From NCBI GenBank assembly GCA_944322785.1, contig CALUPW010000009.1:18497-82496 (forward strand): a stretch of DNA of 64,000 nt, given 5' to 3'. Below are positions 43,087 through 52,252 of this stretch, in pieces. Source of the stretch: Candidatus Gastranaerophilales bacterium. GTDB taxonomy: Bacteria; Cyanobacteriota; Vampirovibrionia; Gastranaerophilales; Gastranaerophilaceae. The position numbers and the translations under genes were made by a program. The first letter of the stretch is position 1; each line of letters starts with the position of its first letter. Below the pieces are notes generated by a model. The model searched no databases. It saw only the letters and a program-made list of their open reading frames with translations, and was not told the origin of the DNA.

Positions 43087-44365
43087 CAATGTATCTGGCG
43101 ACACCTTCCCCCATCGAAAAACAGCTTCCCTGTACTCTGAGTGCGCCTTGTGACAGAAAATCAGCCGAAAGACATCTGCCTGCAACAAACAGATTATCAA
43201 TATCAGCTGACATTAGACTTTCAATTGGAAGCTGATAATCATTTACCATATCAAGATGAGAGGCTCCTTTTTTATTAGAATGAACATCAACGGGATAATT
43301 TGACACAACAACAGGATTATCAAATTTTTTGCCGGATTTTAAATCTTCAATTGTATAAACATATTTGCCTTTAATCCGTCTTGAAACCCTTACGCCAAGC
43401 ATATCTGCAATATTTGAAATGTAGGAATTTTCAAAACCGGGGAAATATATTCTGCAAAATTGAAGATACCTGTAAATATTTTGACGTGCAAGCCTTAGAG
43501 CTTTTGAAATGCTTTTAACTTCAAGCGTATTCTTGTAATCAATGATACGTGGACAGTTAAAAGCTATATTATCAGGCATTCCGGGAACTGTAAATATTTG
43601 AAAATAGTTGGTGTCGTACTTGTTAAGAATACCTTTTTTAACAGCATCCTTAAATAGCGGCATTAAAGCCCAGTGTTTATCCGCATCCCATGTGCATGCT
43701 GTTGAAAGATGAATATACCCATCTACATGTTCTACAGTCGTAACACTTCTGTCTTTATCAAATTCTATCAGCCAATCAGCAAATTTTTTAATATCAACCC
43801 CGCCAAGCATAAATCTCAGAGTAACAGGCTGAAGTTCGCCGTTTTTTTCTAAAAAATTGCAATCACAAATTCGTCCGACAACACAATCTCCGGTTGCATC
43901 AATTACATATCTCGCTCCGACTGATACTGATAATATTTTTTGAGAAACATCTAACTCATCGTTATATGCAGATAAGATTTCTTTTGTGATTTTTATACGT
44001 TTAATATGATTATGGTCAACTTTTATGCCAAGAATATTTGTGTCAAAGAATACTTCTACATTAGCCTCTTTCATGAGGTTGTCCAGAGCAATTTTTGTGA
44101 TTTCAGGATTAAACCATGCAGGGTTATTCTGATATGTAGTCTGTCCGCCAAGCTTTTTACACTCATCAATCAATGCATCCCGAAATTCTGTATTAATTTG
44201 AGAATTGCCGGACTTCATAACCGGAATAACAAGGCCTGATGTGATAGTTCCGCCAAGATGTATATTTTTTTCAATTAAAAGTGTTTTTAACCCGAGTTTA
44301 CCTGCAATATAGGCCGCCGCACAACCGGCAGTACCGCCTCCTACAACAACAACATCGTATATCAT
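43070..44365 (-). CDS. FAD-dependent oxidoreductase (FAD_oxidored / GIDA-like fold)
   Basis: MIYDVVVVGGGTAGCAAA, and ..LFVAGRCLSAD near the C-terminus. Its 3' end overlaps 41725..43086 by 17 nt (convergent). Confidence 0.65.
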   Translation of the reverse strand: MIYDVVVVGGGTAGCAAAYIAGKLGLKTLLIEKNIHLGGTITSGLVIPVMKSGNSQINTEFRDALIDECKKLGGQTTYQNNPAWFNPEITKIALDNLMKEANVEVFFDTNILGIKVDHNHIKRIKITKEILSAYNDELDVSQKILSVSVGARYVIDATGDCVVGRICDCNFLEKNGELQPVTLRFMLGGVDIKKFADWLIEFDKDRSVTTVEHVDGYIHLSTACTWDADKHWALMPLFKDAVKKGILNKYDTNYFQIFTVPGMPDNIAFNCPRIIDYKNTLEVKSISKALRLARQNIYRYLQFCRIYFPGFENSYISNIADMLGVRVSRRIKGKYVYTIEDLKSGKKFDNPVVVSNYPVDVHSNKKGASHLDMVNDYQLPIESLMSADIDNLFVAGRCLSADFLSQGALRVQGSCFSMGEGVARYIAKLLN

Positions 44366-44449
44366 TTAAAATTCCCCGTATAAAGTCTGTTTTGCACGGA
44401 ATATTATATCAATTTAACAGAATTAATACAAGTTATTTATAAAATTAAC

Positions 44450-44695
44450 TTAAAATCTGAACGGATAATCATCCGGAATTTCCCAGTTATTTTCTTGAAT
44501 TAAAGCAGTACAGTAAGCTTTATACGGGGAATTCTTGTTGCAGCCATAGTTAGGGTTGTTTAACAATTCATCCCTTGTAAGGTTATTGCAAACTACTTTT
44601 TTAGAGCCGTCAGGCTGTATTTCTTCTTTACAAATCAAAGATTTATAAGGTTCAATTCCTTTTCCTTTGTTTAACGATGTTAACGAACTTTGCAT
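44450..44695 (-). CDS. Small Cys-containing hypothetical protein (81 aa from the first ATG)
   Basis: The frame stays open for 53 further codons upstream (to 44854). Those codons encode a signal-peptide-like LFSSIFFNSFA but contain no ATG/GTG/TTG. Confidence 0.4.
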   Translation of the reverse strand: MQSSLTSLNKGKGIEPYKSLICKEEIQPDGSKKVVCNNLTRDELLNNPNYGCNKNSPYKAYCTALIQENNWEIPDDYPFRF

Positions 44696-44964
44696 ATTCG
44701 CAACAAATGTGAATGCAAAGAATTTTTTTCCGGCATCAGGTCGTGAAGTAGTGCCGTCTTCGCTTATATGAAAAAAATCTTCTTTATCAAAATCCTTGGC
44801 AAAAGAATTAAAAAAAATTGATGAAAATAATTTATAAAAAATAAAAGTTAAATCTTATCTGTATATAACTATTAGATATATTCAAATAATATTTTTAATA
44901 ACTCAACTTAGTATCAAAATTTGAAATATAGAAAACCTGTTTTACCTGCGGCTTGCTACATTAA

Positions 44965-46410
44965 TCACAGACAATTTTTCTTTTTAAACTCTTTAATAAA
45001 CCTTGAACTTGACATTTTGCAGCTTTTTTCAACCTCAGATTTGTGAGAGGCGAGTATTTCCCCATTTGAAAGGTTTAAATTCTTGTCACGATAAAATATA
45101 CCTGCTTTAGAATTTATAAGCCCTAAATCGTATTCTGAAAGCTCAAATTTTATAAGTGATTTATTTTTTACTGCTATTGTACCGGTGAATTTGTTAAACT
45201 CATTATTATAAATTTTTCCTGCGTAAAATCCTGCATTAAGCATTGCATTTCTGATTGAGGCTGAATTGGAATATGTTAAAATCATCCCGTCTTCCGATAA
45301 ATGCTCATATAGCAGTTTAAAAAATTCCAGAGTCCAAAGACACGGACATTTTGCAGGTGTAAATGCATCAAGAAAAATAAGATTATAGGTATCTTTGTCA
45401 TTTATTAAAGAAGTTCTTGCATCCCCTATTACAGGTTCGAAAATAAAATTGTCTGATATCAGGTATTCCAGAACGATTTTATAGCTTGTTGATATATGGT
45501 TATAATATATATTATGTAAGAATGAGCTTATCGCCTCCTGCGGGTATTCACTAACGTCTGATTCGTTAATCTTCTTAAAACAAGCCATAATTTCGCTATC
45601 AAAAAAAGGTTTGTATTCATTAGAATCCAAAATATTGCTAATCTCTGAATTTCCTATGATTTCAGGCAATTTATTACATATTTTATAAAGTAATGCAAAA
45701 TTTATTGCCGGATTTAATTTATATTTTGCTTCAAATTTATTGTTTAATAATTTTGATATTTTTTCATAATTAAAATTCAAGTTATTATACTTTTTATCAT
45801 CTTCATTACCTTGCCTGAAAAATGGGGACAAAATTAATAAAGTTTTGTCATTGTCCAGTGCTTTAATAAAAATTTTATATTTTTGTCCGGAGCATAGAGA
45901 TTTTTCACAGGCAAGATTATTTGAATATAACGCTTCGTTATTTAAGTGGGGATTTATTGGAATTTTTTGAAATGAATTAATAGAGTGTTCGCATAGTACA
46001 TTATCGTTATCTATCGTATCGATATTAATGAGAGTTTCTGAATTCTTTTCTATATTATCAGTATATATCTCTCTGTTATAAATGTTATTTGAATATATCT
46101 TGTCGATATTTGCTTTGTTGTTAAAAATTTTTTCGTTTTTTATTTCAAAATTTGAAAAAAATTTTTCTAAAAAATAATTTAAAAAACTTTTTGTGTTGTA
46201 TCCGATTCCATAACAAATATCAAGTATTTTTATTTGAGAATTATTTTTCAAAAAGTATTTTACATTGGCGGGCAGAACAAATTTTTCATAAGCTTCAGTC
46301 AGTGCGCCATATGTAGAGTGGTAAATATCATCAGCTTCCGGGCTAAAAAGCCCTACAGAGCCGTCGTTAGTGAAATAAGGATATAGTTTGTACATAATGT
46401 CATTATACAC
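44965..46410 (-). CDS. MnmC-type (DUF752/Methyltransf_30-like) SAM-dependent tRNA methyltransferase homolog with a large Asn-rich insertion
   Basis: DGSVGLFSPEADDIYHSTYGALTEA, ILDICYGIGYNT and IFLDAFTPAKCPCLWTLEFF..DGMILTY. A ~250-aa low-complexity insert lies between motif I and GDAR. Confidence 0.6.
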   Translation of the reverse strand: MYNDIMYKLYPYFTNDGSVGLFSPEADDIYHSTYGALTEAYEKFVLPANVKYFLKNNSQIKILDICYGIGYNTKSFLNYFLEKFFSNFEIKNEKIFNNKANIDKIYSNNIYNREIYTDNIEKNSETLINIDTIDNDNVLCEHSINSFQKIPINPHLNNEALYSNNLACEKSLCSGQKYKIFIKALDNDKTLLILSPFFRQGNEDDKKYNNLNFNYEKISKLLNNKFEAKYKLNPAINFALLYKICNKLPEIIGNSEISNILDSNEYKPFFDSEIMACFKKINESDVSEYPQEAISSFLHNIYYNHISTSYKIVLEYLISDNFIFEPVIGDARTSLINDKDTYNLIFLDAFTPAKCPCLWTLEFFKLLYEHLSEDGMILTYSNSASIRNAMLNAGFYAGKIYNNEFNKFTGTIAVKNKSLIKFELSEYDLGLINSKAGIFYRDKNLNLSNGEILASHKSEVEKSCKMSSSRFIKEFKKKNCL

Positions 46411-46517
46411 CTGCGGGCTTAAGGTTCAAATTGTTTATATATCGCAATATTAGCCGCAATTTGTCTTAAAAATACCTTTGTGATAACATGTTTGCAGATA
46501 AAAGATAAAGAGGAAAT

Positions 46518-47462
46518 ATGAAAGTAAGCGTAAAAGTACCGGCTACAACAGCCAATTTAGGCCCAGGCTTTGATTGTATGGGAATGGCATTGCCGATATA
46601 TAACACTATAACAATAGAAGAAACAGTATTGCCGGGAACCGGAATTGAGATAAACGTTATTTCAGAGGATGAAACAGCTGACGAACTGTCGCTGGAACAT
46701 ATGCCAATGGATGAAAACAGTATAATTTATAAGGCTGTAGAACTTTTGTACAATTCAATCGGACAAAGCCCGAGTGAACTTAAAATAACAATCCATTCAC
46801 AAATTCCGATAGCAAGAGGACTCGGAAGCAGTGCATCAGTTATTGTCGGCGGGCTTCTTGCGGCAAACGAACTTCTCGGGCGACCTGCTGATGAAGCTGC
46901 GCTTCTTTCAATTGCTACAGAAGTTGAGGGACATCCGGATAATGTTACACCGGCAATCGTCGGCGGGCTTGTTTTAACATCAAGCGAAGACGACGGAAGT
47001 ATTGTTTACAGGAAACTTGAATGGCCGCAGGAATGGAATTTAACGGTCTGTGTACCTGAATATGAATTAGCTACGGATATTTCCCGTTCTGTTTTGCCTA
47101 AAGAAGTACCCATGCAAGATGCGGTATTTAATGCAAAGCGTCTGGGAATGTTTGTTCATGCCATTCATACAAAAGATTCCGCTTTAATGAAGTTAGCTCT
47201 TAAAGACAGACTTCATCAGCCTTACAGGATGAAACTTGTGCCCGGCCTTGAAAAAATTATAGAAAATTTGAAGCATGAAGAAAACGTATTGGGCTGCGTT
47301 TTGAGCGGCGCAGGTCCTTCGATTTTGATTATCAGCGAAAAAAATAATCTTGAAAAAATCAAGGATATTGTAAAAGATACATGGGCTGATTTAAACGTAA
47401 AAGTTGATATATACACACTTCCGGTTGAAAATAACGGAGCACAAATCATTAATCTTGATTAG
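46518..47462 (+). CDS. thrB: Homoserine kinase
   Basis: GHMP kinase motifs PATTANLGPGFD and PIARGLGSSAS. Confidence 0.9.
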   Translation: MKVSVKVPATTANLGPGFDCMGMALPIYNTITIEETVLPGTGIEINVISEDETADELSLEHMPMDENSIIYKAVELLYNSIGQSPSELKITIHSQIPIARGLGSSASVIVGGLLAANELLGRPADEAALLSIATEVEGHPDNVTPAIVGGLVLTSSEDDGSIVYRKLEWPQEWNLTVCVPEYELATDISRSVLPKEVPMQDAVFNAKRLGMFVHAIHTKDSALMKLALKDRLHQPYRMKLVPGLEKIIENLKHEENVLGCVLSGAGPSILIISEKNNLEKIKDIVKDTWADLNVKVDIYTLPVENNGAQIINLD

Positions 47463-47509
47463 ATTTTTGTGTAATGCATTTTTAATGCATGTATCGAAAT
47501 AATGTTATC

Positions 47510-47695
47510 ATGCGCATAATTGTTTCAAACAGATGTGTCGGTTGCGGCGCATGTTCGACTATCAGTCCTGAGGTTTTTGAAATTTCAGGCAATTCCGCTA
47601 TTGCAAATCAAACAAAAATCTCAGGCCATGAAGAAAGTTGTATAGATGCGGCTCTTAATTGTCCTGTCAATGCTATTAAAATTGATGAATACTAA
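47510..47695 (+). CDS. Small single-cluster ferredoxin
   Basis: ORF-track start is 47489. Met at 47510 gives MRIIVSNRCVGCGACSTISPEVFE...CIDAALNCPVNAI (CxxCxxC...CP). Confidence 0.75.
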   Translation: MRIIVSNRCVGCGACSTISPEVFEISGNSAIANQTKISGHEESCIDAALNCPVNAIKIDEY

Positions 47696-47727
47696 AATCC
47701 CCCGTCGACTGACGGGGGATTAAATTT
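47694..47727. terminator. Bidirectional terminator hairpin
   Basis: atcccccgtc-gact-gacgggggat. Confidence 0.75.
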
Positions 47728-47731
47728 GTTG

Positions 47732-48262
47732 TTAGCCCTGGCCTGTGTATTCCGGAACAAAGTCTTTCTGACTTGATTTTTCCATTTGTTGACCAAATTG
47801 TTCTTGACCTTTGATAAGTTCTAGTCTTGATTCTATATTTGCTTTTCTTTGCTTTAAAGCAATTTCCAAATCTTTAAGCGGTTCAAGCTGAGCCTCGCGC
47901 ATCATATCAAAGTAATCAGCCCATGTTGATTGTGCCTGTGCACCCATATACTGAATTTGTTGCATTGCCGAACTGTGAGCCTGCATCATTAGCATTTGCT
48001 CTTGCGACGCTTTTGATTGCGGGTTATTAAATATACTTTCCATCATTTCAGGGTTAAAGCCGGTTCCCTGCATTGCAACCTGCATTTGTCTTTGGATACC
48101 CATATTGCAGTTACGCTGCTGCGCAGTCATCATGCGTTCCACCTGACCGATTTGTTTGGTCACGCGGTTCATCTGTGAAAGGATACGGGTCAACTCGTTT
48201 TCTAGAGTGAGCCGCATTCTCGCAGATTGCATTTTTAAATATGCACCGGTTAGGAAACCCAT
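47732..48262 (-). CDS. Gln/Met-rich helical protein of unknown function (termini resemble 31083..33059)
   Basis: 176 aa with no signal peptide. N-terminus MGFLTGAYLKMQSARMRLTLENELTRI. C-terminus LEPLKDLEIALKQRKANIESRLELIKGQEQ. Confidence 0.7.
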   Translation of the reverse strand: MGFLTGAYLKMQSARMRLTLENELTRILSQMNRVTKQIGQVERMMTAQQRNCNMGIQRQMQVAMQGTGFNPEMMESIFNNPQSKASQEQMLMMQAHSSAMQQIQYMGAQAQSTWADYFDMMREAQLEPLKDLEIALKQRKANIESRLELIKGQEQFGQQMEKSSQKDFVPEYTGQG

Positions 48263-48291
48263 GTTGTACCTCTATTCTTTTAGTCCTCGTT

Positions 48292-48328
48292 AAATATATA
48301 AAGTATATACATTGTTAAAAATTTACAA
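48292..48328 (-). promoter_or_regulatory. Promoter TTGTAA - N17 - TACTTT followed by ATATATT
   Basis: Coding-strand reading TTGTAAatttttaacaatgtataTACTTTATATATTTAAC. Member of the shared promoter family. Confidence 0.5.
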
Positions 48329-48440
48329 ATTCAGAGTATATATTTACATATCTTAACAATTCCTTAATGCAACAGCTTAATTGCAAAAAATCTGTTTTAT
48401 TGATACACTTTAAAAGTACAAATACTTTGAAAGGCAGAGC

Positions 48441-49493
48441 ATGTTATCAAGATTTTTTTCGGTTAAGAATATTGCATTTTTAGCAGGAGTTATTATCCTG
48501 TTGTTTATTATTCCCAAAATTGCAGGAATTGTAATGCTGTTTTATGCAGCTTATGTTCTGGCGTGCGCAATGGATCCTTTTGTGGAAAAGCTGCAGACTA
48601 AATTAAATAATAACAGAACTCTTGCATCAATTATTGTTGTATTCGGCGGAATTCTTGCTTTATTTGCTCTTTTTGCCCCGATTATTGCAATTGCTTATAA
48701 TGAAATAAAAACTTTTATAAGTGTATTTCCGGAAAAAATCACAGATGTTACAAAGTACATAACTACTTTCAAATTTTACGGTCATAATATTGCGGATTTA
48801 GTCAGTTTAAACTCAATAATGGACACAAATCCTGATTTTGCACACAATATTTTCAGTCAATCATGGAATATTACAATAGGAATTTTCCAATTTTTTGTAG
48901 TAACCGTTGCGATTGGTATGATAATATTCTATCTGCTGGTAGACAAGCAGTATTTAACAGACAAATTCAGACAGCTCTTTCCTGCAAATTTGAAAGAAAG
49001 AGCATCCTTAATACTTTCTTCTATAAGCAGCAAAGTCGGCGGATATGTTCGTGCTCAGGTTCTGTCTATGGTTGCAATCGGCGTAATGCAGATGATTGTT
49101 TTAATGATGTTAGGAGTGGATTATCCGCTGCTTTTGGGTCTAATTACAGGTATCATGGATATTGTTCCCGTTCTCGGGCCTGCAATTGCGTTTGTTGTAA
49201 TCCTTCTTGTCGCATATCCGGTTGGAATTGTTAAGCTTATTTTGATAGTTTTAACTTTTTTTATAGTTCAACAAGCTTCAAACATCATTGTAAGACCTTT
49301 GTTGTTCGGTAAATTTATGAAACTACACCCGCTTACAATATTTTTGGCATTGTTTGTATGTGAACAATTTCTGGGCTTCTGGGGCGTGATTCTCTCCCCA
49401 GCAATTGCATCTACAGTTTGTGTTTTGATTGATGAACTCTATATAAAACCAATTAATGAAAAGTCCGAACAAATGAAGGATATAAATGAATAA
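48441..49493 (+). CDS. AI-2E family transporter (PerM/UPF0118)
   Basis: 350 aa with about 8 TM helices. The family-typical C-terminal half includes GLITGIMDIVPVLGPAIAFV. Confidence 0.8.
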   Translation: MLSRFFSVKNIAFLAGVIILLFIIPKIAGIVMLFYAAYVLACAMDPFVEKLQTKLNNNRTLASIIVVFGGILALFALFAPIIAIAYNEIKTFISVFPEKITDVTKYITTFKFYGHNIADLVSLNSIMDTNPDFAHNIFSQSWNITIGIFQFFVVTVAIGMIIFYLLVDKQYLTDKFRQLFPANLKERASLILSSISSKVGGYVRAQVLSMVAIGVMQMIVLMMLGVDYPLLLGLITGIMDIVPVLGPAIAFVVILLVAYPVGIVKLILIVLTFFIVQQASNIIVRPLLFGKFMKLHPLTIFLALFVCEQFLGFWGVILSPAIASTVCVLIDELYIKPINEKSEQMKDINE

Positions 49494-51024
49494 TTCTGAT
49501 ATTTATTTGTATGAAAGAAAATTCTCAAAACAAGCTGACTTCAAGGTGTGGCTTGCGTTTCCGGGGATAACTTCTTTTGCGCTTTCATCACTGGGTTTTT
49601 TGTGGATGTTTAAATCAATTGATGAACTTGTTGATGTAAACATTGAAATGCTCTGTTCGGATACAGCTAAAACCCTCTTAAAACCGGATAAAATAAATCT
49701 TTTTGGTTTTTCATACACATTTGATACAGATTTTTTAACCATTTTTTCAATGCTTGAAAAATACAATATTCCATTAAAATCTAGCGAAAGGGATGAAAGT
49801 CACCCGATTATTTTTGCAGGCGGGCCTGTTGTAAGTTCAAATCCCGTACCTTATAAAGATTTTTTTGATTTTATGGTAATAGGCGACGGTGAAGAAACCA
49901 ATCTGAACATTGTTAAAACTTGCAAGGCAAACAGTAATCTCCCCAAAAATGAAATTTTAAAGCTTCTTGCAAATATAGATGGAATTTATGTTCCGGAATT
50001 TAGCGAATATCCGGTTAATAAAATCACCAGTAAACTCAATCATTGCATTTTTACGCCAATAATAAGCAAAGATGCATTTTTTAAGGATACGTTTATTGTA
50101 GAAATTTCAAGGGGATGTGCAAACAGATGCGGCTTCTGTCTTGCTTCATATATGAATCTGCCTCTTAGAACGGTTCCTTATGATGAAATAATTTCCACTC
50201 TGGAAAAAGGATTAAAACATACAGACAAAATTGCGCTTTTGGGCGCTCAAATCAGTGCTCATCCTAATTTTGAGGAAATTCTTGATTACATATACAAAAA
50301 AATTCAATCAGGACAAAATATAGAAATGAGTGTTTCCTCATTAAGAGTTGATTCAATAAAGCCGCAAATTTTGAGAACACTGGTTGCCGCAGGACAAAAA
50401 AATGTTACGCTTGCTATTGAAGCGGGAAGCGAACGACTAAGGCGGGTTATAAATAAAAATTTAACTGAGGAACAAATATTTAATGCAGTAAAAATTGCGG
50501 CAGAATGCGGGCTTAAAGGTTTTAAATTTTACGGAATGCTTGGACTGCCGACAGAAACAGATGAAGATATAAATGAAATGATAAATCTTGCAGAAAGAAT
50601 TAAAAAGCAGTATAAAAATTTTGATATATCATTCGGATTTTCAAGTTTTGTACCAAAACCCAATACTCCGTTTCAGTGGATAGGACGTGAAGATACAAAA
50701 TTACTTGAAAATAAAGCAGAATACTTAAAAAAAGAAATGCATAAACTTGGAGTTTCAGTAAATGTATCAAGTATTAAATGGGATTACTGGCAGGCTGTAC
50801 TCTCCCGTGGAGATTGCAGCTTTACAAACTTTTTAATTGATGTTTATAAGAATGGCGGCAAACTCGGTGCTTTTAAAAAATCCGCAAAGAAATTCAATAT
50901 TAATACAGATTTTTACGCACTCAAAACTTATCCATACGACATGAAACTCCCATGGGATTTTATTAATGTCCGCCCCGGTAAAGAATTTTTACAAAAAGAA
51001 TCTAAACGTCTGTTGATTCAGTAA
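49486..51024 (+). CDS. Radical SAM protein with N-terminal B12-binding-like domain
   Basis: CANRCGFC (CxxxCxxC) after a Rossmann-like N-domain. Its start overlaps the transporter stop by 8 nt. Confidence 0.75.
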   Translation: MNNSDIYLYERKFSKQADFKVWLAFPGITSFALSSLGFLWMFKSIDELVDVNIEMLCSDTAKTLLKPDKINLFGFSYTFDTDFLTIFSMLEKYNIPLKSSERDESHPIIFAGGPVVSSNPVPYKDFFDFMVIGDGEETNLNIVKTCKANSNLPKNEILKLLANIDGIYVPEFSEYPVNKITSKLNHCIFTPIISKDAFFKDTFIVEISRGCANRCGFCLASYMNLPLRTVPYDEIISTLEKGLKHTDKIALLGAQISAHPNFEEILDYIYKKIQSGQNIEMSVSSLRVDSIKPQILRTLVAAGQKNVTLAIEAGSERLRRVINKNLTEEQIFNAVKIAAECGLKGFKFYGMLGLPTETDEDINEMINLAERIKKQYKNFDISFGFSSFVPKPNTPFQWIGREDTKLLENKAEYLKKEMHKLGVSVNVSSIKWDYWQAVLSRGDCSFTNFLIDVYKNGGKLGAFKKSAKKFNINTDFYALKTYPYDMKLPWDFINVRPGKEFLQKESKRLLIQ

Positions 51025-51048
51025 TACTCCGCAGCACTAATTAAAGAC

Positions 51049-51672
51049 TTACAGCGGGGTATAATCCGAATAAATAAGACTTTGCCAGCTTTCAAAATAG
51101 CTTATCTGGGTTGCACTGCCTGTTTTAATGTAAATTTTCGGCATTGATGATGCCGGAATATTCAGTGCTGAACAGATCGCCGCTTTTATCACATCAGGTG
51201 TCGTTACGATGATAATTCTGTTTGAAATATTGTTGTTGACAACTTTATCTATAATATCACTCACCCGTTTTACAAAGTCATTTAAAGATTCTGCGTCTGC
51301 AGGAGTCGGCACAGCCGGATCATTTATCAATTTTACAAATTCATCAGGATATCTTTCCTCAATTTGTTCATAAGTAAGTCCGTTGTAGGCTCCGCATTTT
51401 CTTGGTGTAAGCTCATCCAGTATTTCATAATTTTTTTTGTACAGCTTTGCTATAACCTGAGCCGTCTGAATCGTTCTGGTTGCTGGAGATGTATAAATTC
51501 TGTCGTTTTTAATTCCCCGCAATCGAAGATACTCTGTTATTTTATCAACTTCATACTGCCCCGCATCACTCAATGGCGGATATTTAAGATTATCCGAAAA
51601 ACGGTTTTCATCTGAATATATTGTTGCACCATGGCTTATAAAAGTAATTTTACATTTTCTGCTGAAATACAT
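51049..51672 (-). CDS. Histidine phosphatase (phosphoglycerate mutase-like) superfamily protein, divergent active-site motifs
   Basis: ITFISHGAT occupies the position of the LxRHGET motif. Overall length and layout fit the family. Confidence 0.6.
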   Translation of the reverse strand: MYFSRKCKITFISHGATIYSDENRFSDNLKYPPLSDAGQYEVDKITEYLRLRGIKNDRIYTSPATRTIQTAQVIAKLYKKNYEILDELTPRKCGAYNGLTYEQIEERYPDEFVKLINDPAVPTPADAESLNDFVKRVSDIIDKVVNNNISNRIIIVTTPDVIKAAICSALNIPASSMPKIYIKTGSATQISYFESWQSLIYSDYTPL

Positions 51673-51751
51673 ATTAAACCTCGTTAATCTTTTTTAATTA
51701 TAACATAGTTTTAAACTTTTTTGTAGTATTATTTTAAAAAAGGAGATATTT

Positions 51752-52246
51752 ATGAGAGGAAAAGCGTTCAAATTCGGGGATAACATTTCAACAGACCATA
51801 TTGCACCGGGCAGATTGTTTCACTTGCGGTCTAATCTGGAGGAATTTTCGAAACATGTTCTTGAAGATGCTGATGAAACTTTTGCAAAAAGAATGCAAAA
51901 AGGAGATTTTGTTGTTGCGGGAAATAATTTCGGACTGGGTTCATCCCGTGAACATGCACCTCAAATAATTAAAATTGCAGGAGTAGGGGCAGTAATTGCA
52001 AAATCATTTGCAAGAATATTTTATCGTAATGCAATTAATATAGGGCTTTTGGCTCTGGAATGCGATACTGATGCAATTGATGCAGGAGATGAACTTGATG
52101 TTGATATTGAAAAAGGCATGATAACAAATCTTACAAACGGTGCCGTTATCCAAATAGAACCTATACCGCCGGTTATGCGGCGCATGCTGCAGGATGGCGG
52201 ACTTGTCGAACATATCAAAAAGTACGGTGAATTTAGGCTTGATTAA
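51752..52246 (+). CDS. Aconitase-family small (swivel) subunit, LeuD/HacB-like, orphan
   Basis: GDNISTDHIAPG and GNNFGLGSSREHAP. No large subunit is adjacent. Confidence 0.75.
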   Translation: MRGKAFKFGDNISTDHIAPGRLFHLRSNLEEFSKHVLEDADETFAKRMQKGDFVVAGNNFGLGSSREHAPQIIKIAGVGAVIAKSFARIFYRNAINIGLLALECDTDAIDAGDELDVDIEKGMITNLTNGAVIQIEPIPPVMRRMLQDGGLVEHIKKYGEFRLD

Positions 52247-52252
52247 AATCTG

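Noticed and set aside
49486-51024. Radical SAM gene as part of a RiPP cluster
   Set aside because: There is no precursor-like small ORF, peptidase or RRE domain nearby. The neighbouring ferredoxin and 176-aa gene are separate transcription units.
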